DNA of 14,469 bases from a virus (Duplodnaviria; Heunggongvirae; Uroviricota; Caudoviricetes), in IMG/VR virus record IMGVR_UViG_2740892028_000014. The stretch is one strand, 5' to 3'. The notes under the pieces were generated by a model. It had not been told where the DNA came from and did no database searches. It saw only the letters and a program-made list of their open reading frames with translations. This document shows, one piece after another, positions 8,079 to 14,469 of this stretch; the first letter of the stretch is position 1, and each line of letters starts with the position of its first letter. The translations under genes were made by a program, and so were the position numbers.

Positions 8079-8252
8079 ATGGCTATTTCAGTAAAGCCAG
8101 TATTGATAAGTGAGAAGCAAATGGAAGCGATAAAGAAAATTCAGGAGGAGCAGCGTAAAAAATCAGAGGTAGGAGTTGCGCCAACGATCCACGAAATTGC
8201 TCGGGGATTAATGGATAAGGCGCTGGCTTACACTTTAACTGGACGTGGGTAA
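8079..8252 (+). CDS. small protein, 57 aa, possible ribbon-helix-helix-like regulator
   Basis: Below the track length cut-off; read directly: ATG at 8079, AAGGGGG 5-11 nt upstream, stop TAA 8250-8252. Protein MAISVKPVLISEKQMEAIKKIQEEQRKKSEVGVAPTIHEIARGLMDKALAYTLTGRG has a strand-helix-helix layout. Fold call is inference. Confidence 0.5.
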   Translation: MAISVKPVLISEKQMEAIKKIQEEQRKKSEVGVAPTIHEIARGLMDKALAYTLTGRG

Positions 8253-8256
8253 ATCA

Positions 8257-9600
8257 ATGGCTACGTGGCAACAGGGTATTAATTCTGGTGGTTTTCTGGC
8301 TGGCATCGGTACGCAAAATGAGAATGCGCCAAAGGCAAGCGACATTAACGCAACGCTTGGTCTGATCCGCGAAAACAATGAACTGGCTCGATCAGGTGCA
8401 AATAACGTTGCTCTGACAGGTCTTCGAGGTCTGGCTGGAGTTGCTGATATTTATAAGCAGCAGCAACAGCAGGAGCGTAAAGCGGCATTCCAGAAAGGCT
8501 ATGCGGATGCTTATGCGTCCGGCGACAGAGAGAAGATGCGTAATCTGGTTACTGAATTTCCTGATGAGTTTGAGGAAGTCAGAAAGGGAATGGGGTATAT
8601 CGATGATGCCCAGAGGGATGATTTTGGCAATCTGGCGCTTAAAGCACAGGTGGCCTCATCGCTGGGCGCTGGCGCATTTGGTCGATTCATGATGGACAAT
8701 GAGAAGGAAATGCGCCGCCTTGGCGTTCCGCCAGAAGTCATCGCTGACATGCATTTTAACGACCCGCAGGGCTTCCAGCACTTTGCAGGTAATCTGGCAC
8801 TATTTTCTCTCGGTCATGAGAAGTACTTCGATATCAAAGATCGAATGGAAGGTCGTCGACTTGAGCAAGGGCGACTGGATGAAAGTATGCGTCAGGCTGA
8901 CATGGAGAACGCGAGAGGATGGGCAAATATCCAGAACGCTCAACTAGACAGGGCTCAGCGAGCACAAATTCACTCAGATGAGATGGGATTGAAGCTAATG
9001 GAGCTGGGGCAAAAAGGTAAGCCGTCAGCAGACTTAATTAAGGGATTAAATTCTGATATTACCAATTTTGGCAAAAATTATAACTCTGTCAGAGCGGCAG
9101 CAAACTCTCTGCAAGCCCTTAGCAAGGTAAATACTGGCGCTGCCCAACTTGGGATTATCTTCAACTACATGAAATCTCTTGACCCGCAGTCAGTCGTTCG
9201 TGAAGGCGAACAGGTTCAGGTAATGCGGTCTGATGGCATATGGGGACAAATCAAAGGATACATAGACCAGCTTAATGCTGGAAACGGCCTGTCGCAGGAG
9301 GCAAAGGATAACATTGTTAACGCCGCAAAAATCAACGCCAATGCTATGGGGCAGCAGTTTAACCAGCAGGTTGACGAATATCTCGATACATATGGAGAAA
9401 CCATTCCTCAGGGGCTAAGAAAAAGCCTTGAAAGAAGGAAAGCGAAGCTATTTGACGATGTTTCCGGGCAGCCTACATCACAGGCTGGCACTGGGCAGGC
9501 AAAAGCGGCAACCGGAGGAATATCAGAAGGCGCAACGGCAACCAACCCTAAAACTGGTCAGAAAATTATTTACAGGAACGGAAAATGGCAGCAAATGTAA
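8257..9600 (+). CDS. hypothetical Ala/Gln/Gly-rich protein, about 447 aa; no enzymatic motif seen
   Basis: ORF track 8245..9600 uses a GTG; the first ATG is at 8257 (MATWQQ...). The upstream small-gene stop overlaps this start region. Poly-Q run and predicted helical, low-complexity sequence. Last 16 nt overlap the next gene. Confidence 0.7.
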   Translation: MATWQQGINSGGFLAGIGTQNENAPKASDINATLGLIRENNELARSGANNVALTGLRGLAGVADIYKQQQQQERKAAFQKGYADAYASGDREKMRNLVTEFPDEFEEVRKGMGYIDDAQRDDFGNLALKAQVASSLGAGAFGRFMMDNEKEMRRLGVPPEVIADMHFNDPQGFQHFAGNLALFSLGHEKYFDIKDRMEGRRLEQGRLDESMRQADMENARGWANIQNAQLDRAQRAQIHSDEMGLKLMELGQKGKPSADLIKGLNSDITNFGKNYNSVRAAANSLQALSKVNTGAAQLGIIFNYMKSLDPQSVVREGEQVQVMRSDGIWGQIKGYIDQLNAGNGLSQEAKDNIVNAAKINANAMGQQFNQQVDEYLDTYGETIPQGLRKSLERRKAKLFDDVSGQPTSQAGTGQAKAATGGISEGATATNPKTGQKIIYRNGKWQQM

Positions 9601-11702
9601 TCTTACCGGAAGGTTTTGTGCTCGATGAACAACCTGATAACTCACAGTTTCCTGATAGTTCACAGCTTCCTGATGGTTTTGTGCTTGATGCCCAACCAGA
9701 ACAGCAGCAATCACCTTTGGTTTCACCATGGGAAAATTCCAGACAGGAAAATGTTGTTAATAATGCTAACGGTTTCGACCGTTTTATGTATGGCGTTCTC
9801 AGTGGATTGATGGATGTTGGTAAAGGTGTTGGCCTGTTTCAGGATATGACACCAGAAGAGCAAGCCGCAATTCAGTCTCTACAGCAGAAGTTAGCGGCAA
9901 AACCATCAACCGCACAAGATGTTGGTGAGTTTGTTGGACAAGCAGCGCCATTTGTTAGTGGTGGTGGGATTATTTCTCAGGTTCCGAAAGGTGCGGCAAG
10001 GCTGGCTGCCGCCGCAGGGCTTGGTGCTGGAGAAGGGGCTATTGTAGCCAATGGAACAAATAGCGATGTTGCTTCCGGCGCTGCTATTGGCGCTGTGGCT
10101 GGCCCTGTAGCCGAACTTGCTGGCCCTGCAATTAATAAAATAGCTGGGAAATTAACCAAGAAGAATGTTTCTTCGATTCCAGATATTGAGGGGATTACTC
10201 CTGCCGAAGAGAAAATTCGTAAGTTATCTGCACAAGGCAACCCAAATCTTGCCTCTTCGCTTGAAGGGCTAGATCTAAAACCTCAGAAAGAAATTGTTGA
10301 GGCTGCAAATAGGCTTCATGTTGATTCAGTTCTTCCTTCTCATTTTTCAGGAAATGAGCAATACCAAGCTGTAGAGCAAGCCCTAAAGTCACGGACAGGA
10401 TCAGCGTTAAAAGCTCAAGAAGATAAAGCAATAAGCGAATTAGCCTCTAGTGCTGGCAAGATAATCGATGATGTTGCTGGTGCGCCAGATGCGTTAGCTA
10501 TGAGCGAAAAATATATTTATCAGATAAATAGTAGAATGGAAGCACTAAAAAACCGTAGTGATCAGTTATATAAACGTGTTGATTCCGCTCTATCACCAAG
10601 AACAAAAGTCGAAGCAAATAACACAAGCACTATGCTGGAAAAAATCGCTGATGATTTAGGTGGGTGGGATAATCTTGACCCAATAGAAAAGCGAGTTTTT
10701 ACAGCAATAAACCCCGGCCCAGATAGCATCCTAACGTATGCAAATTTAAACAGGCAAAGGCGTTTAGTTGGTGATGCCCTAAATAAAAAGCAGGGGCCAT
10801 ACAAAGATGCTGATAAAGAAGCGCTATCAAGACTATATGGAGCTTTAGCTGAAGACCAAAAATCTGTCTTATCCAATACTGGATACTTGCGAGATTTCGA
10901 AGTCGCACAACGCCTTGTAGCTATGAGAAAAAACTTAGAAAGGCAAATGGTAAATCTTCGCGGGAAAACACTTAATGGGGATATAGCGTATAAAGTAACG
11001 AATTCTCTTCAATCTATGGCAAAAGGTGATGCGAGAGGGTTTCGTGAGATTATGCAAAATACTCCATCAAGAACATTGCGAAGGGAGCTAGTAGGAACAG
11101 CATTAAGAGATATGCTTTCCTCTGGGAAGCGCGGGGCCGACTTTAATCCATCTGGCTTTGCAGATTGGTGGCAAAACTTGCAACACAGTGGACAGCTAAA
11201 GACTTTGGCTGAACATTTGCCAAAAGAAACAATGAGCGGACTATATGATGTATACAAAGTTGCCAGAGCAATAAAAAATGCTAAAGCGCATGAAATATCT
11301 ACTGGTAAGCTGAATGAGTTTGTAAACAGATTTAATCGGGTAACAGCTCCATACGAACTAGCAGCAAAACACATTCAAAAAATAGGCACGATGATAGGCG
11401 CTCATTTTGGATCGCTTGGAGCCATTGCTGGGGCTGATATTGGAGCAAGATTGGCGAGTAAAGCTCGATTAGCTGGTGGAGCAGGGGCGGCTGATGCTGC
11501 GGATAAATTAATTGCCTCGCCAGCCTTCCAGAGCGCAGTAAAAAATCTACACGGAAAAGCGCCTGGGCACATTGTTGATTCACGTATCAGGCGCTCCCCT
11601 CAATGGAAGAGTTTTTTTAACTCTCTTCCTGAACAGGAAAAACGGACCATCGCCCGACTGGGCATCATTACTTGGCTATCTAATGATCCAGATAATGACT
11701 AG
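9585..11702 (+). CDS. hypothetical 705-aa protein with N-terminal tandem repeat and Gly/Ala-rich zipper-like segments
   Basis: ORF track 9585..11702. Tandem peptide repeat LPEGFVLDEQP / LPDGFVLDAQP, mirrored in the DNA at about 9600-9700. Gly/Ala stretches such as GAARLAAAAGLGAGEGAIV and GSLGAIAGADIGARLA. No Walker or nuclease motifs seen. Confidence 0.75.
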   Translation: MAANVILPEGFVLDEQPDNSQFPDSSQLPDGFVLDAQPEQQQSPLVSPWENSRQENVVNNANGFDRFMYGVLSGLMDVGKGVGLFQDMTPEEQAAIQSLQQKLAAKPSTAQDVGEFVGQAAPFVSGGGIISQVPKGAARLAAAAGLGAGEGAIVANGTNSDVASGAAIGAVAGPVAELAGPAINKIAGKLTKKNVSSIPDIEGITPAEEKIRKLSAQGNPNLASSLEGLDLKPQKEIVEAANRLHVDSVLPSHFSGNEQYQAVEQALKSRTGSALKAQEDKAISELASSAGKIIDDVAGAPDALAMSEKYIYQINSRMEALKNRSDQLYKRVDSALSPRTKVEANNTSTMLEKIADDLGGWDNLDPIEKRVFTAINPGPDSILTYANLNRQRRLVGDALNKKQGPYKDADKEALSRLYGALAEDQKSVLSNTGYLRDFEVAQRLVAMRKNLERQMVNLRGKTLNGDIAYKVTNSLQSMAKGDARGFREIMQNTPSRTLRRELVGTALRDMLSSGKRGADFNPSGFADWWQNLQHSGQLKTLAEHLPKETMSGLYDVYKVARAIKNAKAHEISTGKLNEFVNRFNRVTAPYELAAKHIQKIGTMIGAHFGSLGAIAGADIGARLASKARLAGGAGAADAADKLIASPAFQSAVKNLHGKAPGHIVDSRIRRSPQWKSFFNSLPEQEKRTIARLGIITWLSNDPDND

Positions 11703-11705
11703 TGA

Positions 11706-11721
11706 ATGGCCACGGATGGCC
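11706..11721. terminator. short GC hairpin between convergent genes (weak terminator candidate)
   Basis: ATGGCC ACGG ATGGCC: the self-complementary GGCC arms can pair; T-rich tract follows on the + strand. Sits exactly between the stops of 9585..11702 and 11722..12078. Stem is only 4 bp. Confidence 0.25.
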
Positions 11722-12078
11722 TCAATCTTTATTCTTTGAAATAGAGTCATTGATCTTTTCGAAACACCAATGAAATCCACAAAAGAGAGCTACACCAATA
11801 TAACAATACAAAACTATCAACCACCTTTCAGTGTCCGAAGGGTAAAAAACATCAATTACATAAGCAACACCAATTGGTATTAATGCTAGTAATAACATCG
11901 ACATAGGACGTACAAACTTCTGAACTATATCAATTTTATAGAACCACAAGGCGGTATGTTTAATGATATAAGTAAAGATGGCTGCGCCAATAATGGCAAA
12001 AAACACCATCGATAAGGTCGGGTATAACTTTGCGACAATTAAACCCAACAAAATAATTATAACTGCCTGCCCCCTCAC
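11722..12078 (-). CDS. small integral membrane protein, 118 aa, about 3 predicted TM helices
   Basis: ORF track 11722..12078 (-). GTG start with AAGGGGG 5 nt upstream on the minus strand. Hydrophobic segments IIILLGLIVAKL, VFFAIIGAAIFTYII, LLLALIPIGVAYVI. AT-rich codon usage. Confidence 0.55.
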   Translation of the reverse strand: MRGQAVIIILLGLIVAKLYPTLSMVFFAIIGAAIFTYIIKHTALWFYKIDIVQKFVRPMSMLLLALIPIGVAYVIDVFYPSDTERWLIVLYCYIGVALFCGFHWCFEKINDSISKNKD

Positions 12079-12191
12079 ACCAACCCCCTTTAGCGTTGTT
12101 TAGAATGGCAATCATCATATATCCAAGACATGGCATTTGGTACATAGCTTGGGTCGGGATTTCAAATCCGATCCCCGTTGATGGGGCCGTT

Positions 12192-12573
12192 ACAGTACGC
12201 GCATATCCGCTTTATGTGAAACAGGAAGATTTTTCTGATATCACTGCCACAGCAAAACACCAATTTCGTGACCAGTACGCGCGCGAGGGGTATCAGTTGC
12301 AAAATTTTTTGCAACTGCGTCCGACCAGTACGCGCACGATGGAGGGGAGTGCCATAAAACTGTTCTCTACATAAGACAGAGTGGTGGTGATGTGTTGATT
12401 ATCGGCGTATATGCGCACAGGACGCGCTATGACGATGTTTTATGCGGGTACACCAATCACATGTATCTGATGTGATAAATCGTGTTACATGACATATCAT
12501 GTTGTGCTGGTGGTTATCACGACTTTCTGAATCTGGCCTTTGCCTGATATTTTGCGACAAGTACGCGCGCGTA
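12192..12573. repeat. family of short repeats with an alternating CG core (consensus roughly ACCAGTACGCGCGCG)
   Basis: Copies at 12192-12203, 12271-12287, 12324-12339 and 12557-12573, with a fifth at 14232-14247. Longer shared context CAATTTC..GA.CA.TACGCGCGCG at 12261-12287 and 14219-14246. Confidence 0.5.
12294..12317. promoter_or_regulatory. 24-bp palindrome CAGTTGCAAAA-TT-TTTTGCAACTG
   Basis: Perfect 11-bp inverted arms with a 2-bp spacer, between two copies of the CG-core repeat. Confidence 0.4.
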
Positions 12574-12599
12574 GCATCGACAGCATACACATTGGATAT

Positions 12600-12821
12600 T
12601 CATTTTGTGACCAATGCGATAAGTAGCGGGATAAGAATTGATAAAATCAACAGGCCGATGATCCACTTTTGATTTTCACTGGCCTTATCTCTATTTTCAT
12701 CAATCTTATCAATAATTCGACGCTCCAAGCCGTGCATATCACCGCGAATGGCAATCATCTCATTGCGAACATCCGAGAAGTGGTTGGCTTGATGTTCAAT
12801 GTGTGGCGTTCTGCCTTTCAT
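12600..12821 (-). CDS. small membrane protein, 73 aa: soluble N-terminal helix plus single C-terminal TM (XhlA/holin-like architecture)
   Basis: ORF track 12600..12821 (-). ATG start with GTGAGGA upstream on the minus strand. C-terminal WIIGLLILSILIPLLIALVTK is a clear TM segment. Family resemblance recalled, not searched. Confidence 0.55.
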   Translation of the reverse strand: MKGRTPHIEHQANHFSDVRNEMIAIRGDMHGLERRIIDKIDENRDKASENQKWIIGLLILSILIPLLIALVTK

Positions 12822-12900
12822 GCCTGATCCTCACCTATCGTCACCACCTGCTGGTGTATAAAGGTATTGGCCCAAGCAGCTTTCCAATGGGCACTCATGT

Positions 12901-13356
12901 TTATACGCTGACCTTACAATCAATCACCGCTTTTAACTTTTCAGCATTGCTTCCCTGGCGCTTCCACGCGCTGTAAATGTCTTTATCCCATGCTTTACCA
13001 GCTTTTGTTTGATAGCCTGCTTCATTGAGCCGTTCCGCTATCACACGCCCATTATCAAATCCCTGTCGGATGGTATCGGCAATGATCTTTATAACTGCCG
13101 TTTCGTTATATGGCTTTGGTGGGATGTTCGGCTTTCCGGCAATAAGCGACGCAGCGGCTTTTTCCATGCGCTCCACCAGCCCAAGCATTCGTGAATCAAT
13201 AGACTTTTCCGGCTGTCCCAGCTTCATGCGAATCGCATCAACAAGCCAGGAGGTTTTATCCCCTCCAGAAGCGAGAACAGACCGATTAAACTCATCCTGC
13301 AATTCAGATGGGATGCGGAACGCGACCAGATTAGATTTGCTCATTGCAAAGACCAT
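12901..13356 (-). CDS. DNA-binding protein, 151 aa: N-terminal ribbon-helix-helix-like segment plus C-terminal recombinase-type HTH-like segment
   Basis: ORF track 12901..13356 (-). N-terminus SKSNLVAFRIPSELQDEFNRSVLASGGDKTSWLVDAIRMKLG looks RHH-like. C-terminus IAERLNEAGYQTKAGKAWDKDIYSAWKRQ resembles the DNA-binding segment of serine-recombinase accessory domains. Both are motif-level calls. Confidence 0.55.
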   Translation of the reverse strand: MVFAMSKSNLVAFRIPSELQDEFNRSVLASGGDKTSWLVDAIRMKLGQPEKSIDSRMLGLVERMEKAAASLIAGKPNIPPKPYNETAVIKIIADTIRQGFDNGRVIAERLNEAGYQTKAGKAWDKDIYSAWKRQGSNAEKLKAVIDCKVSV

Positions 13357-13374
13357 ATCAGTGAGTAATATCCA

Positions 13375-13404
13375 TACAGTATACCACTGTATAACACTGT
13401 TATA
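13375..13404. promoter_or_regulatory. overlapping operator-like inverted repeats: TACAGT-N5-ACTGTA and TATAAC-N3-GTTATA
   Basis: Read directly at 13375-13391 and 13390-13404, about 20-50 bp upstream of the 12901..13356 start on the minus strand. Confidence 0.35.
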
Positions 13405-13458
13405 CGCTCAAATATCAGCCAGAAAATAACGGGCCAATCACAAAGCTATCGCTGTGTT

Positions 13459-13579
13459 GTTGGTTCAGAGCTGGGCTGTGTTGGTTCAAAATGAGTTGAT
13501 GTTGGTTCAATATTTCAGAAAAAACACAATAAAAACAACGATCTTTACAAATTGAACCAACTGAACCAACTGAACCAAC
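13459..13579. repeat. iteron array: three GTTGGTTCA copies phased 21 bp apart plus a perfect tandem triple of the inverse TGAACCAAC
   Basis: GTTGGTTCA at 13459-13467, 13480-13488, 13501-13509. TGAACCAAC x3 contiguous at 13553-13579. Lies in the divergent region between 12901..13356 (-) and 13616..13903 (+). Confidence 0.65.
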
Positions 13580-13615
13580 ACCTTTTTGCTTATCTATATA
13601 ATCTGAGAGGCAGAA

Positions 13616-13903
13616 ATGATAAGGGACAGGAAAGCTGAAGAGCTGGAGTCAAAAGGGCTATACCGGAGAGCTGCCGCACGATGGGCAGAAGTCATGATGC
13701 TGGCAGATGGCGATAAAGAACGTGAACATGCAGCAAACAGACGCTCTGAATGTATCCGTAAGGCGGCACGCCCACCAGCAACTACAGACAGATTCGGAGA
13801 TTTAAGACAGGCAGTTAAGCGGACTCATTCGGCTCTTGGTATGGATGAGGAAGCGAGAGGGTACTTCAGGCGTTATCGCGATAAAGATTGCCAGAGACAG
13901 TAA
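13616..13903 (+). CDS. PerC-family transcriptional regulator-like protein, 95 aa
   Basis: ORF track 13616..13903. N-terminus AEELESKGLYRRAAARWAEVM matches the PerC-type signature as I recall it. TATAAT at 13597-13602 just upstream; GAGAGG before the ATG. Confidence 0.65.
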   Translation: MIRDRKAEELESKGLYRRAAARWAEVMMLADGDKEREHAANRRSECIRKAARPPATTDRFGDLRQAVKRTHSALGMDEEARGYFRRYRDKDCQRQ

Positions 13904-14019
13904 TGCTCTCTCTGTTTTGGCAAATTACCCCTCACTTTGAAGGGATCGGAGCTATAAAAATGGTTTTAGGTACATTCCTCAAATTGAGGATTGTGGGAAA
14001 ACCAATGAGTTAGGCTTTT

Positions 14020-14037
14020 CCCCCAATGGGGGTTTTC
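14020..14037 (+). terminator. rho-independent terminator-like hairpin CCCCC-AAT-GGGGG + TTTT
   Basis: GC stem followed by a T-run about 120 bp downstream of the 13616..13903 stop. An alternative pairing with upstream GGGAAAA is possible. Confidence 0.4.
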
Positions 14038-14148
14038 GAAAGAATCAATGGGTTAGTCCATCGTGCAAATTTGCACCCTGCCAGCCAACGCAATTTCTCG
14101 TTGGCGAAAATATCAGGTATTTACTGAACGAACGGTCTACCAGTCTGT

Positions 14149-14469
14149 TCAGTTACCAGTTGCATATGGCTGTTTCATGTGAGAACGGAGGTTTTTTCGG
14201 ACATCACTATTGGGTACAGCAATTTCACGAGCAATACGCGCGCGCAGGACAACAAGCCTGAACATGGTTACACACCTCGATCGTGAGGGATGTAGGCAAT
14301 GGCTTCTGACCAAAGCACCCGAAAAAACCGTGTACATAAGGGTGTACATAATCAAAAATCGCATTAGGAAGAAACCAGCTACAATGCGGCATTGAAGCCA
14401 ATACTCTACAAACAGATTCAAAGCGACATATCTCCGTAGGCCGTTGTTAATTACAGCGGCGCTACGCAT
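14149..14469 (-). CDS. hypothetical protein, 106 aa, hydrophobic core; gene status doubtful
   Basis: ORF track 14149..14469 (-). Its ATG is the last three bases of the window, just as the window begins on the alpA ATG, so it may be annotated in the source. Sequence is Arg/Cys-rich and looks atypical. Confidence 0.3.
   Translation of the reverse strand: MRSAAVINNGLRRYVALNLFVEYWLQCRIVAGFFLMRFLIMYTLMYTVFSGALVRSHCLHPSRSRCVTMFRLVVLRARIAREIAVPNSDVRKNLRSHMKQPYATGN

Noticed and set aside
8245-8256. GTG start at 8245 for the roughly 450-aa gene
   Set aside because: An ATG at 8257 follows in frame. The GTG would overlap the small upstream gene. Either is possible, so the ATG was reported and the GTG noted.
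12140-12190. tRNA 3'-end-like sequence as a possible attachment site
   Set aside because: I could not fold a canonical 5-bp T-stem with 7-nt loop or an acceptor stem with CCA, and could not match it to a known tRNA by eye.
12096-12590. ORFs 12096..12374 (+) and 12399..12590 (-) in the repeat-rich spacer
   Set aside because: They span the CG-core repeats and the palindrome; the translations are low-complexity with no ribosome-binding site. The region looks non-coding.
13459-13579. CRISPR array
   Set aside because: The repeat units are only 9 bp and directly tandem or 21-bp phased, with no 28-37 bp repeats or spacers. These are iterons.
14210-14395. Plus-strand 61-aa ORF near the window end
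   Set aside because: Arg-rich translation, no ribosome-binding site, and it overlaps the CG-core repeat and GTGTACATA direct repeats, which look regulatory.

Overview
This window reads as the interior of an integrated enterobacterial phage satellite or phage-inducible chromosomal island-like element, followed by an AT-richer accessory segment. No integrase, tRNA, rRNA, CRISPR array or transposase was recognised. All family names are from motif recognition by eye, not from a search.

Layout, left to right:
- 1-3977: an AlpA-type regulator at bp 1, then a tightly packed + strand operon of small genes whose starts overlap the preceding stops. It includes an antirepressor-like protein.
- 3990-6341: a 783-aa primase-helicase (zinc ribbon, Toprim, P-loop NTPase).
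- 6371-7585: two arrays of GGTACAGGT/ACCTGTACC iterons bracketing two unknown genes (6518-7475), reminiscent of a P4-style ori plus second cis site.
- 7586-8078: a long untranslated region with a 19-bp palindrome, a terminator-like hairpin, and a promoter with a good -10 but poor -35.
- 8079-11702: a three-gene operon (57 aa, about 447 aa, 705 aa) of low-complexity proteins with no catalytic motifs I can see. This is my lead candidate for an undescribed system.
- 11722-14469: a convergent membrane protein, repeat-rich non-coding DNA, then a leftward cassette (small membrane protein, DNA-binding protein) sharing an iteron-filled divergent promoter with a PerC-like regulator.

The second candidate is the two-gene cassette between the iteron arrays. 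Function for both candidates is inference only.
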